Both the position numbers and the translations under genes were made by a program. Positions 18,064 to 28,462 of a stretch of DNA of 64,000 bases are shown here, one piece after another. The notes below the pieces were generated by a model. That model ran no database searches. It was not told where the DNA came from and saw nothing but the letters and a program-made list of their open reading frames with translations. Position 1 is the stretch's first letter, and each line of letters starts with the position of its first letter. Source of the stretch: Patescibacteria group bacterium (GTDB lineage: Bacteria; Patescibacteriota; Dojkabacteria; GCA-002793355); assembly GCA_016860985.1 (NCBI GenBank), contig BOKM01000001.1:399462-463461 (forward strand), written 5' to 3'.

Positions 18064-20061
18064 CTATTTGGTATAAAAGACAAAATATTTTTTTACTTTG
18101 ATACCTGTTGCAATATCTTGGAATTCCATAATATACGCATACTTGCGTTTTGTAGGTAACAGATAATTAGTGCGAACACTAAGAGAGGTTGAAGATTTCC
18201 AAATTTTAGTGAATCCTTGATTACCCTTTTTCACATAATCATACAAGAAGAACTGGGTTACTTTAATCTTTTTGGGATCATAATTCTTCAAATAGACCAT
18301 ATCCCAAGATCGAAGCTGCGAGGTAGTAAAAGTTTTACCATACCGTAACCGCCCAAAAGTAAAATATACATTAGTCAATGTTGTTGGAAGATCTGCAGTA
18401 AACAATGTTTTTGTTGGACTCGTGCGATAAGACTCCGTTTCTGGCGAACCTGTTTGATCGTATGCACATTCAACACCAAACAAAATAATGTCGTTAGGTT
18501 GTACACTAGTGTGGACGGTGAAAGTAGCACTCAAAGGTACCGTTGCCCCTGCAGCAAACGCAACTGGTGAATCAAAGGTTACTGTTGAGTACAGTGTGTT
18601 TTCGCTTATTGATGTAATTTGAGTCGCCCCTTGCGAGATAAGTGAGATAGAAAATGCAGGTGCAGTTTGTGTTCTTGTTGTATTTTTGCTCGTAACCGTA
18701 CACGAGTTAATCTGTGCTGCGAATGTAGAATTATTTGTAATTTCAATATTCTGAGTGTAGGTAACCCCTTTTTTCACGGGATTAATTGGTGAAGGATAAG
18801 TAACCGCCGTTGCAGAATAAATTTGTGATAAATCTAAAACGCCATTTCCAAAAGTTGTGTCGTAACCTGCAGCTCCCAAATCTCTAATAGTCGTCGTATT
18901 AAGGAGTGATAAAATATACGCTCGTTTATCAGGACACACAGAAAGCCCTGGGTTTGCGGTACACTGCTCGTCAACCATACCTTTGACTATACCCGCTACT
19001 CCAGAATAATAAGCAGTCGATATACTTGTACCACTCACTGCCCCATATCCACCTCCTCTTAGTGTTGTAGAGATATCTACTCCTGGAGTCATCACATCAA
19101 GATTTGCGCCGTAATTGCTAAAACCTGCCTTTGCATCTGTATTGTCCGTCGAGCCAACACACACAACGTTTTCGTATCCTGCTGGATAAAGACACCCTTC
19201 TGTTCCGCCATTACCTGCAGCGGCGACCACAATAATACCTGCATCAGTTGCTGCCTGGACTGCTGATTGAATGAGTGCATTTGCACTACCCCCTAGACTC
19301 AAATTAATCACATCTACCCCTGCCAAAACGGCTGCGTCAATCCCCTCTGCAATCGAGACCGAATCACAATCACCACTAGAATTACAAACTTTAAATGGAA
19401 GAATTTTGGCGCTATATGCGATACCTTTGAATCCAATACTATTATCGACGCTCGCAATTGCCCCTGCCATAGCTGTGCCATGCCCTTGATCGTCTGTTGG
19501 ATCCGCGTCGTCATTTACAAAATCGTAACCTCCAGGCAAAAAAACATCTGCTAAATCAGGGTGAGTAAAATCGACTCCTGTATCTATTAATCCAATTACA
19601 ACATTTTCACCTGAATAATTTGCAGCATTTTCCCATGCTGCTTCTCCATTCATTTTTGTGATCCCCCAATCGACTGATTGTTGCGAAATTTTATAGGTAT
19701 CGTTGTTGTAGCCCGCTTCAACCAAAGGATGTTCCATTAGTTTTTGATACCTACTTTCGTCTTTTGGTGTAATAACATATTTATTCTTTCCTCGTTTACG
19801 TTTTTGAAATATAACACTGAATTCTGATTCTAGAGTGCTCATTTCTTCCGATGTTAGTTCCCGAACGAACTGAACCACACGAGTCTTTGTTTTATGTGAC
19901 ACTTGAACCACGGCACGAGACTCTTTTTTATTATTCTCAACAATTGGAAGCACAACCCCATTGGAACCCGAATCTGTTGCGAAAACTGCTTTAACTGCAA
20001 TAAATGGGTGTAAAAACAGTATTGTGACAAGTAAGAGTGCCTGAATCCTTAGCAATTTCAT
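18064..20061 (-). CDS. Secreted S8 subtilisin-like serine peptidase with C-terminal Ig-like domains
   Basis: Catalytic triad IDTG, GHGT, SGTS; oxyanion AAAGN; signal peptide; start placed at MKLL after a TGTTATACT box. Confidence 0.9.
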   Translation of the reverse strand: MKLLRIQALLLVTILFLHPFIAVKAVFATDSGSNGVVLPIVENNKKESRAVVQVSHKTKTRVVQFVRELTSEEMSTLESEFSVIFQKRKRGKNKYVITPKDESRYQKLMEHPLVEAGYNNDTYKISQQSVDWGITKMNGEAAWENAANYSGENVVIGLIDTGVDFTHPDLADVFLPGGYDFVNDDADPTDDQGHGTAMAGAIASVDNSIGFKGIAYSAKILPFKVCNSSGDCDSVSIAEGIDAAVLAGVDVINLSLGGSANALIQSAVQAATDAGIIVVAAAGNGGTEGCLYPAGYENVVCVGSTDNTDAKAGFSNYGANLDVMTPGVDISTTLRGGGYGAVSGTSISTAYYSGVAGIVKGMVDEQCTANPGLSVCPDKRAYILSLLNTTTIRDLGAAGYDTTFGNGVLDLSQIYSATAVTYPSPINPVKKGVTYTQNIEITNNSTFAAQINSCTVTSKNTTRTQTAPAFSISLISQGATQITSISENTLYSTVTFDSPVAFAAGATVPLSATFTVHTSVQPNDIILFGVECAYDQTGSPETESYRTSPTKTLFTADLPTTLTNVYFTFGRLRYGKTFTTSQLRSWDMVYLKNYDPKKIKVTQFFLYDYVKKGNQGFTKIWKSSTSLSVRTNYLLPTKRKYAYIMEFQDIATGIKVKKYFVFYTK

Positions 20062-20128
20062 TAAATCAGTATAACATAATGCGCACATTTCCCGCTTGCA
20101 ACAATACTAATCTGCTACAATAGATGAC

Positions 20129-21889
20129 ATGAGAAAGTCAGTGCTTAGCACAATTACAATTATCGCAACAACCGCAGTGTCTTTGGTTTTATTCCGCCCA
20201 ACCGAAGATTCAACGAATAGTACAAAAAAGGATATTCCTTCAGAAGTCAAAGGTATCGTAACCGCACTCGAGCCAAAAATTACTTCCTCCTCCACTATCG
20301 ACGTGACACCTTCTCCCTCTCCTTCCACACAACCATCAATCACGCCAACACCAACTATTATTTCAACTCAATCTACTCAGAAAGAACAATCCGGTTTGCA
20401 AGTACAACGAGTTTCCCCTGAGCCTGAGAAGAAAACGACTACCGAAGCAGGAGCAGTTACTACATTAAGCCTCAATAATCTGCAAAAAGGTACGCTTTAC
20501 GAGGTTAAGCTCCCATTAGATATCTCAGCAAGCAACCTCAGTATTTCTTGGCCAGCAAGTAGCAGCATACCTTTATGGACAACTACACTCCCGACAAGTA
20601 TTTCACAACTTGCACCTCTTCCGCACGACGACGACATGATAACGGTGGAACTGACGAATCACTCTGGTCTTCTCCCTTTTCCCGTAGGCAAAACCTTATA
20701 CCTTTATCCGACACAAACAATTGCGAAAGCGACAATATCTCTCATTGCACCAAATGCAGAAGTTAACTCTCACAAAATCTCTACCACCGGTGTATATAAT
20801 TCTAACTCTGGGGCAAGTTATACCTCCCTAAATATTAAGACTCGTGATGAATGGGGAGCAAACCCTGCAACCTGGGATTCGAATACAAGCGCAAACATAG
20901 ACGATCCCTCACGGCTTATTTGGTATCCGGTTTATTACAAGGCATCCAGAATTGTTGTTCACCACACAGCAACAGGTATAAATACAACAAACCCTGCAGC
21001 ATCAGTTCGTGCCATATATCTTTATCATGCATACACACGAAAATGGGGTGACATAGGTTACAACTTCCTTATTGATCACAACGGTACAATCTACGAAGGC
21101 AAAGCAGGTGGGGATGAAACGCAAGGATACCATGCCTTTGGCGCAGCAAATCGAATGAGTGTAGGGATTAGCGTAATTGGCGATTACTCCTACTCGGCAC
21201 CATCGTCTAAAGCTAGAAGTTCTCTTGTAAAACTCATGGCAGAAAAAGCAGCATTCTACGGTTTTCGACTCAAATATTCAGACGGAGGAACTGCAAAGTG
21301 GAGAGATATTTCATATACAGTATTTGGGCACAGAACCTCTTATCAGTGGGATTACGATACTAATTCTTGGAAAGTTAATCAAACCGCTTGTCCAGGAAAT
21401 GCATTCGCAGCTATTCTTCCATCTTTAACTCAAGAGGCAGAAAATTACAGGAGCGCTAACTACTCAAGCCTAAAAAAACTTGCTCAAGATGTTGATGCAG
21501 CTTTTGAAGAACCACATGATCAGGGTACAATTATTGTTCGGTATAACGTTCCCGAAGATACAACAGAAGAAGTAATGCGTACATTTGTTCCAGCATATAG
21601 CGGAATAAAAAGTTACACGATTAGCGGAAATACAATAACGTACAAAATTGAAAGTGGGATAGTGATTCACCCCTACTACGGAGATTCAGAGTACCTAGTT
21701 GTACCAGATAACTGGACAGGATATGACGGTGAATACGCCACATTCAGTATCCCTTACGAAATGAACGGAGTAAAAGACAGATCAAAAACACTGCTTAAAG
21801 TTTTCAAACTGGATAGCAGAGTTCAAGCAGCAGATTTAAAGCATTATCTTCAAGTTCAAGAAATTGAGCCGCTTCAAAATGAAGATTAG
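20129..21889 (+). CDS. N-acetylmuramoyl-L-alanine amidase (Amidase_2/PGRP type) on a Ser/Thr/Pro stalk
   Basis: R.EWGA, IVVHHTA, WGDIGYNFLID, GYHA and GHR...TACPG zinc-site motifs; N-terminal signal/TM. Confidence 0.9.
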   Translation: MRKSVLSTITIIATTAVSLVLFRPTEDSTNSTKKDIPSEVKGIVTALEPKITSSSTIDVTPSPSPSTQPSITPTPTIISTQSTQKEQSGLQVQRVSPEPEKKTTTEAGAVTTLSLNNLQKGTLYEVKLPLDISASNLSISWPASSSIPLWTTTLPTSISQLAPLPHDDDMITVELTNHSGLLPFPVGKTLYLYPTQTIAKATISLIAPNAEVNSHKISTTGVYNSNSGASYTSLNIKTRDEWGANPATWDSNTSANIDDPSRLIWYPVYYKASRIVVHHTATGINTTNPAASVRAIYLYHAYTRKWGDIGYNFLIDHNGTIYEGKAGGDETQGYHAFGAANRMSVGISVIGDYSYSAPSSKARSSLVKLMAEKAAFYGFRLKYSDGGTAKWRDISYTVFGHRTSYQWDYDTNSWKVNQTACPGNAFAAILPSLTQEAENYRSANYSSLKKLAQDVDAAFEEPHDQGTIIVRYNVPEDTTEEVMRTFVPAYSGIKSYTISGNTITYKIESGIVIHPYYGDSEYLVVPDNWTGYDGEYATFSIPYEMNGVKDRSKTLLKVFKLDSRVQAADLKHYLQVQEIEPLQNED

Positions 21890-21984
21890 ATGAAGATTTT
21901 TGTCGTGCTATAGAAAACATCGATTTGCCCGTGTTATTAAAACGAACTATTGCATTACAGTTTGACACTAACTTGTTATAATGA

Positions 21985-23211
21985 ATGTATAAATTTGCCC
22001 TCAGTTCACTCATGAAAAGAAATATAATTGCGGTTGGAATAATTTCTGCCTTGTCCATAGGTACCCTTACGCTTGTGCTTTCAAATTCATCAATTCCAGG
22101 GGATTTACTCTACAGGGTTGATCGAGGTGCCGAAAATACATGGCTTGCAATTACTGCCAATACGAACAAACTCGTATTCGGTAAATATAACTTGCAACTT
22201 GCGAAAGAGAGAACCGGCGAAATCAAGACGCTCTCAAATTCGAACATGGTAAAGAGCGCTACTATTAGAGTATACGCAGCTTCAACAAACGCAGATCAGC
22301 AAGTTATTAACGGACTTCTTGAAGATATCAAATACAACCTTACCTCTGCCAAAGAAATTATTCCAGAACTCTCCGCAAGTAATCAGACTGAATTCTCAGT
22401 TGATGTTGCTCAAGGATTAACAGAAATTGCTCAAGAATTAACGACCATCACTGAATCACTCCCCGAAACTTCGCTCTCACAGCTTGACGATTTAGTTAAT
22501 ACAATTGAAGACCTTGATGACACCGCAGTCGACATGCTCGCAAAAGCAGAAGACGAAAGTGAGGACGAGTCAGATGATGACAATGAAGTTTCTTCAACTC
22601 TTACCGCAAAATTAGAGCGTAAACTTTTAAAGCTTAGAGAAGAACATAGAATTTATTCCGCGCTACTACAACAAAACACAGCAAAAATTACACCTGAAAA
22701 AGCTGCTACCGCAGAAACCCTCTTACAACAAGTGACTGCAAGTTTGCAAGACGCAGAGAGTAAATTAGCCACGGGCGAATTAAAACTTGTTGCGGATATT
22801 ATCGACCGAACTGACGATGATTTGGATAAAGTAAAGGATTTGGTAAAAGTCGAAGACAACGACGAATCAGAGGGCGAAAACAGTAACGACCAAGATGAAT
22901 CGAACGATGATGATTCAAATGACCAACAAGACGAAGACAGTAATGACGATTCAAAAGACGAAAACGAAGATGAATCAGAACAAGAAGATGAGGAGGATGA
23001 CGAAAAAACGACCGTTACTCCTACTCCATCCAAAGTAGCCACTACTTCGACTCCAAAACCTTCAAAGACCCCAGAACCAACCGAAGTTGAGGACGAGGAA
23101 GAAGATGAATCAGAAAATGAAGAAGAGGACAGTGAGGATGAAGATGTAGAAGGAGCAACGACAAGACTTATAGAGTTAAAGGACATACTTCGCAATCGGC
23201 TAAGAATCTAG
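21985..23211 (+). CDS. DUF5667 domain protein with highly acidic tail
   Basis: SIPGDLLY.VDR..E and A.ER..EI motifs; N-terminal TM; Asp/Glu-rich C-terminus. Confidence 0.75.
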   Translation: MYKFALSSLMKRNIIAVGIISALSIGTLTLVLSNSSIPGDLLYRVDRGAENTWLAITANTNKLVFGKYNLQLAKERTGEIKTLSNSNMVKSATIRVYAASTNADQQVINGLLEDIKYNLTSAKEIIPELSASNQTEFSVDVAQGLTEIAQELTTITESLPETSLSQLDDLVNTIEDLDDTAVDMLAKAEDESEDESDDDNEVSSTLTAKLERKLLKLREEHRIYSALLQQNTAKITPEKAATAETLLQQVTASLQDAESKLATGELKLVADIIDRTDDDLDKVKDLVKVEDNDESEGENSNDQDESNDDDSNDQQDEDSNDDSKDENEDESEQEDEEDDEKTTVTPTPSKVATTSTPKPSKTPEPTEVEDEEEDESENEEEDSEDEDVEGATTRLIELKDILRNRLRI

Positions 23212-23222
23212 TATAGTGGTTC

Positions 23223-24257
23223 ATGCAGCTTGACCAAGGAACAACCTCTAGCAAAAACCTTGGGATAGAATTACTTAGAGTACTTTCGGTGCTTTATATC
23301 GTAGGATTCTGGCACTTACTCAACTACACAGAAGCGATTCCTAACTACAATAATATTGCGACCTCAACCCTAACAGATATTATTCTAGCGACTTTCGTTT
23401 TTATTAGTGGATTCTTTGCAGCAACAAAATTCAAGGAAATTAACGTAGCAAGTGTACTCTCATTTTTTTCGAGAAAGATCCTACGCATCTATCCACTCTA
23501 CTTTTTAGCAATTGTGTCCTTTTTCCTTCTCGGACTGAACTCGGCGATGATATCCGCCAAGGCACTGGTTTTTCTTTCGATGCTTTTTAAACCTGCGCCG
23601 CAAACACTTTGGTTTATAACTATGATTATGCTTTTTATGTTTTTTACTCCCGTTTTTTCGCTTCTTGCGCAAAAGCTTAGTCTTAGGAATTATTGGAGGA
23701 TTGTTATCCTCGGCGTTCTTGGTGGAACATTATGGTACTACTTCTTTCGAACTATAGATCTTCGTTTACTACTCTACTTCCCGGCTTATATGACTAGCAT
23801 TCTTCTCGCACAAAACAGAATCCCCTTAGCGCCTAAACATCCAGGACTTCTGGTTATCGCGTTCGGAACTCTACTGCTTTCATTACCGGAACTAAACTCC
23901 GGTGGGATTACAATACTATTAAATCTTCCGCTCGTTACGCTTACCTCTTATTTGCTTTTTTCTTATTTTTACCGCCTAAAATTTTCTCGTATTAAGTATC
24001 TTTCGCTCCTCACTTTTGTTGGATATGCAAGTTATGCCCTTTACCTTTTCCACCGGCCACTTCTTGTAATGATGAAAACTGTATATTTTCCTGAAGACCT
24101 ACTCCAACAATTACTCATACTTGTATTCATTTATCTTCCCTTTACCATTATATTCGCGTTTGATATTCAGAAACTATATGATTTATTCCAAAACTATCTC
24201 TATGGATATTTCACAAGACAAAAAAACAAGGTGTCCTTGGTGTCTCGCGACACCTGA
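23223..24257 (+). CDS. Acyltransferase family 3 (membrane O-acyltransferase)
   Basis: IELLR, FVFISGF, RIYPLY, LWFI and SYALYLFH motifs; about 10 TM helices. Confidence 0.9.
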   Translation: MQLDQGTTSSKNLGIELLRVLSVLYIVGFWHLLNYTEAIPNYNNIATSTLTDIILATFVFISGFFAATKFKEINVASVLSFFSRKILRIYPLYFLAIVSFFLLGLNSAMISAKALVFLSMLFKPAPQTLWFITMIMLFMFFTPVFSLLAQKLSLRNYWRIVILGVLGGTLWYYFFRTIDLRLLLYFPAYMTSILLAQNRIPLAPKHPGLLVIAFGTLLLSLPELNSGGITILLNLPLVTLTSYLLFSYFYRLKFSRIKYLSLLTFVGYASYALYLFHRPLLVMMKTVYFPEDLLQQLLILVFIYLPFTIIFAFDIQKLYDLFQNYLYGYFTRQKNKVSLVSRDT

Positions 24258-24819
24258 ATATATCGAATATCACGATACTGAATGGGGAGTGCCGACACAC
24301 GATGATGCACGCCATTTTGAATTTCTTATTCTAGAAGCTGCCCAAGCTGGATTAAGTTGGTTAACAATTTTACGTAAGCGCCAGGCGTATAAAATTGCCT
24401 TTGCAGACTTTGATGCAAATATTGTTGCCACGTATGGAGAAAAAGAGATTAACAAACTTCTATTAAATGAGGGGATTATTCGAAATCGTATGAAAATTAC
24501 GGCAGCAATAAACAATGCTCAACACTTCCTTCAGATTCAGAAAGATTGGGGTTCATTTGATTCATATTTATGGTCTTTTACTGAGAATAAAGTGATACAT
24601 AATAATTGGGAAAACATGCAACAGGTGCCTGCGCGTTCAGAACTTTCTGACAAGGTAAGTGCAGACTTAAAAAAGCGAGGATTTTCGTTTATCGGGACAA
24701 CAATAATGTACGCACATCTTCAAGCTGTTGGAGTCATAAACGATCATATAGTGTCTTGCTTTAGGCACGAGAATTTGCAGAGATTTACGCAAAATGCTAA
24801 TGTAATGGATGCCCCTTAG
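24202..24819 (+). CDS. tag: DNA-3-methyladenine glycosylase I
   Basis: RCPW, YHDTEWG, LEAAQAGLSW.TIL.KR, IIRNR.KI and NDH...CF motifs. Confidence 0.95.
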   Translation: MDISQDKKTRCPWCLATPEYIEYHDTEWGVPTHDDARHFEFLILEAAQAGLSWLTILRKRQAYKIAFADFDANIVATYGEKEINKLLLNEGIIRNRMKITAAINNAQHFLQIQKDWGSFDSYLWSFTENKVIHNNWENMQQVPARSELSDKVSADLKKRGFSFIGTTIMYAHLQAVGVINDHIVSCFRHENLQRFTQNANVMDAP

Positions 24820-25768
24820 TAAAGGATTGCTCATTGTTCTCACGATAATAATTTCGCTTGTTGGATTGTTTTTGGGCGGATATTTGTACCAAACACTAAG
24901 CAACCTGGACCTCGTTTCACCGAACAGAATAGAAAATAAACATTACTTCTCAGACGAAATTTTTATTAATGGACTCGGTCCGAACAACGAACCACTTTTC
25001 ATTCATCTTCTGTTAAACCGAAAACAGCGTGCCTCTGGCGACTACCTACATTATTACACCATGGAGATTGTTTCCCCCTCTCTGTCCAGAAAAATTATGC
25101 AGGAACAAGTATCAGCAGATGCAACTCTAATACCGCTACATGGCATTAAAAATATTACTCGCCAAACAGAGGAGGATCTATCTACGAGAGAGAGTTATGC
25201 CATAACCTTAGACTTTGGCAAAGAGATAGCGCTAAAGCTTTCACGATTCCAAGGAGATTTCCTACTCCATAACAAACTCGATCATACGAAGTACGCGAGT
25301 GCTGGTAAGGCCCTTATTACATTAGATGGCAAGGAATATGAACTAAACGCCCTCCTGACCAAGACCTTTGCACAAAACTATTCTACCTACGTATTTTTCG
25401 ACAATTTCGATCAACTCGATTCAACTACACACGTTGTTGTAGCTTGGGACCAAAACGACCAACTCTATTACCTCGACACTTCAGATACTCGCAGCAAGCA
25501 TACCGGTTATGGTTCCCATAAATGGGGATACTTTGGCAGCAAGCTTGGAGGGAAAAAACTCAGTAATATTACCATCACACACGCAACAACTGGAAAGAAC
25601 CCAACAGAATGGCAGGTCTCACTCCCCGAAATCGAAGATGGTGCACGATTAGAATTTAAGGTCAACTACCATGATTTATCACGTGCGGCTGGCTTACTGA
25701 AAGGAAAAGTAAAACTTGGAGAAACAGAAACTGAAATCTCAGGGTATGCAATTTATGCGGAGTATTAA
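24809..25768 (+). CDS. Membrane-anchored beta-rich hypothetical protein (paralog A)
   Basis: N-terminal TM; shares NKHYF, FxGDF, STxH..V.WD, SHxW and ISGY with the next gene. Confidence 0.75.
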   Translation: MPLSKGLLIVLTIIISLVGLFLGGYLYQTLSNLDLVSPNRIENKHYFSDEIFINGLGPNNEPLFIHLLLNRKQRASGDYLHYYTMEIVSPSLSRKIMQEQVSADATLIPLHGIKNITRQTEEDLSTRESYAITLDFGKEIALKLSRFQGDFLLHNKLDHTKYASAGKALITLDGKEYELNALLTKTFAQNYSTYVFFDNFDQLDSTTHVVVAWDQNDQLYYLDTSDTRSKHTGYGSHKWGYFGSKLGGKKLSNITITHATTGKNPTEWQVSLPEIEDGARLEFKVNYHDLSRAAGLLKGKVKLGETETEISGYAIYAEY

Positions 25769-25770
25769 TT

Positions 25771-26727
25771 ATGAATAAAAACGCACTCTTTATAACATTC
25801 CTTGTACTGTTTTTTGTTTCAATCGGAGGTGGCTTATTTCTATCAATAAAAATGCATGAGCTTGGTCTTGGTAACCGAATATCACGTCAGACCAACAAGC
25901 ATTACTTCAATGATAATTTCATTGTTTATGGCGTAGATAACAGAGGTACCCCTTTTCTGGCAGAAATATACTTGCAACGCAGTCAAAAAGATACAGGTGA
26001 GTTTGCTCATTTTTATAGAGTTGGCGTGTATTCTAACGGAAAGTTTTCTGAAAGCGAACAGCAAAAAACAATGCCCAAGCCAGAGATACAACCTTTCACC
26101 TTTCTCGACAGTTTTAAAACTTCATTTGGGGCAGATTTTTCTGCAAAACAAACATTTGTTATCGATTTTACCGTAGATTCAATTTCTTATTCATTGGCAA
26201 CTGATATTTTTAATGGTGATTTTATCGTAAGGAATGATCCTGATTATATGAAACATGTCAGTTTTGCTAATGGTACACTTGCAAGAGAAAAAGAGATTAT
26301 TCCTGTCAGTATTGCATATCTCGGAACTTATGCCGAAGATAGCAATAAGTACATATATTTTGATGGGTTTTATCAACTGCAGTCAACAGCACACCTTCTC
26401 GTACTTTGGGATGAAGCAAAAAATGTATACCTCATTGATAAATCACGGGTAAAAAGTACGCATCAGTTCTACAAATCACACACATGGGTGCTTAATAAAA
26501 GCGCCGACGGATATCTACAAAAAGCTTTTACGGCAGGTTTAAGCTACAATGAGTCCGAAGAATACCCCACTAAATGGATTATTACCCTTCCGACACTACA
26601 GAACGCAACACTTAGTCTTGAGACTGATTTCCTAAACGATACTGCATGGGGATATACGACAGGAACAATAAATGATAATGCCGGAATCCGTAAAATAAGC
26701 GGATATTCCCTCCTTACCTATTACTAA
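25771..26727 (+). CDS. Membrane-anchored beta-rich hypothetical protein (paralog B)
   Basis: Tandem paralog of 24809..25768. Confidence 0.75.
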   Translation: MNKNALFITFLVLFFVSIGGGLFLSIKMHELGLGNRISRQTNKHYFNDNFIVYGVDNRGTPFLAEIYLQRSQKDTGEFAHFYRVGVYSNGKFSESEQQKTMPKPEIQPFTFLDSFKTSFGADFSAKQTFVIDFTVDSISYSLATDIFNGDFIVRNDPDYMKHVSFANGTLAREKEIIPVSIAYLGTYAEDSNKYIYFDGFYQLQSTAHLLVLWDEAKNVYLIDKSRVKSTHQFYKSHTWVLNKSADGYLQKAFTAGLSYNESEEYPTKWIITLPTLQNATLSLETDFLNDTAWGYTTGTINDNAGIRKISGYSLLTYY

Positions 26728-27026
26728 CGTTTAAGGTAGTAAATAATACCAGTAATTGCTGCAATAATCGCAATAATTACCAACCACGTAACAAGGACTA
26801 ATAAAAAGAACTTTTTCTTAGAAGATTTATATTTATCAATATTGATAAATACAGAAATAAGGGTAACAGGTAAACTCGCTATCGCTAGAACAATGCCGAT
26901 TATCTGTGTTAAGCCCAAAATTACAGGAACAACAACGACAATAGCTTTTGCTGGATATACCATTGCAATCGTAAATAATAGGGTAAGAGTGTACAATATG
27001 CCAGCTACGAATTTCCAATATTTCAT
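26724..27026 (-). CDS. Small 3-TM membrane protein
   Basis: Three hydrophobic helices; TGCTATTAT box 6 nt before the ATG. Confidence 0.65.
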   Translation of the reverse strand: MKYWKFVAGILYTLTLLFTIAMVYPAKAIVVVVPVILGLTQIIGIVLAIASLPVTLISVFINIDKYKSSKKKFFLLVLVTWLVIIAIIAAITGIIYYLKR

Positions 27027-27028
27027 AT

Positions 27029-28462
27029 ATGAATAATAGCACTACAACTCAAGATGCACTAAGTGAGCTTCAATCTCACATGCAGCCATTTTCACTATAC
27101 TATCAATCAGAAGCGGCAGCGCTTGTTGAGTTCCCTACTCCCTTTACCGCATCAGTAATTTCCAGACTTTTTTCGTTTGAAGGTTCTCAAGGTATTGCCT
27201 ATAAATCGCTTGGGTTGCCAATTACCAAATACAAAACAGACGACTATGTAAAATATCTATTTAGTCGAGTGTATCTTGATATTGGTTATGAAAACATCTT
27301 TTTTTATCAAAATCTTGGCTTAAGATACATGCCAGAAGAATCAGGATCAAATCCCGAACTGAAACCACTACAAAACATTGTTAGTCGATTAATTGGCGCA
27401 CTACGCAACGCGTTTGTACATGCCAGCATCCTTCAGCAAAAACAACAAATCATAAACAAGGCACAATCTTTGTTTGAGCGATTGTATCCACAGCGACCAT
27501 CGCAACAAACAAAAAGTGACTCAGTTGCCCAACTAGAGGTACTCGTCAAAGAGTTCACCGAAGATTATGCTGTTATATTTGAACTCTCGTATCTTGAAGG
27601 GTTAATCGCGCAAACTTTACCACAAGAAGAAATCGCCAGACTTTCCCCCGCCAGTAGTGATCTGTATGTAGAATCGAACGATATATTGGGCAGTAAAGAC
27701 ATATCAGTCACAGAGATTATTGAGAGATTTGGAACAAGGGGATTTAATGATTTTGAATTTGCTGCACCACGATGGCACGAAATTCCGGACGTTTTGCAAA
27801 AATTACGTTCTCCACAAACGCAACAAGCACCGATTGCAGCTACTACTACAAATCAAAGAACGATTGAACTTCAAGAAATCATTACGTTAAAAGACAATCT
27901 TCGGCTTGCAATTACCGTATACGTCGATTCCATTAGAAAAGCACTCTTTTCGATTGCAAATGCACATGAACTTACAAATGATTTAGTCTTTTATCTCACA
28001 CTTGATGATTTTGAAAGACTTAAACCAAACGAGTGGCTCAATGCCGCTCGTCGGCGCAAAAATGAATATGAAACTGGAAAGGCAGTATATCTTCCACGAT
28101 TTATCACAAGAGATACTGTCACGCAAGAAAATACGATTCAAATAAAAAATCAATACAAAGCAATTCCCGTCTCAAGTGGAAGCGTGACTGCCCCAATATT
28201 TAAGGTAAGTAATTCAGAAAAAGAAATACCACAAGGGATTATTCTTTTGTTACCTCACGCCGGACCTGAGTTTACCGTCTTTTATAAAAATGCAGTTGGA
28301 ATTATTTTTCAGAAAGGAGGAATACTGTCGCATGGTGCCATAATCGCCCGAGAAATGCGTATTCCCGCAGTTGTTTGCGCTGACTTTGATTCAAATGCAC
28401 AACTTGCAATTCTTGATGCCTCAAAAGGAGAAATAAGCTTAACTGAGGAATCTGCGGCATGA
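27029..28462 (+). CDS. Rph/PEP-synthase-like substrate-binding domain plus phosphohistidine swivel domain (no ATP-grasp)
   Basis: GGILSHGAIIAREMRIPAVV phospho-His motif; central FGTRGFNDFEFAAPRWHE resembles the Rph/PigC middle domain. Confidence 0.75.
   Translation: MNNSTTTQDALSELQSHMQPFSLYYQSEAAALVEFPTPFTASVISRLFSFEGSQGIAYKSLGLPITKYKTDDYVKYLFSRVYLDIGYENIFFYQNLGLRYMPEESGSNPELKPLQNIVSRLIGALRNAFVHASILQQKQQIINKAQSLFERLYPQRPSQQTKSDSVAQLEVLVKEFTEDYAVIFELSYLEGLIAQTLPQEEIARLSPASSDLYVESNDILGSKDISVTEIIERFGTRGFNDFEFAAPRWHEIPDVLQKLRSPQTQQAPIAATTTNQRTIELQEIITLKDNLRLAITVYVDSIRKALFSIANAHELTNDLVFYLTLDDFERLKPNEWLNAARRRKNEYETGKAVYLPRFITRDTVTQENTIQIKNQYKAIPVSSGSVTAPIFKVSNSEKEIPQGIILLLPHAGPEFTVFYKNAVGIIFQKGGILSHGAIIAREMRIPAVVCADFDSNAQLAILDASKGEISLTEESAA

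Noticed and set aside
22653-23195. 180-aa Ser-rich ORF on the minus strand
   Set aside because: Antisense shadow of the Asp/Glu-rich tail of the DUF5667 gene
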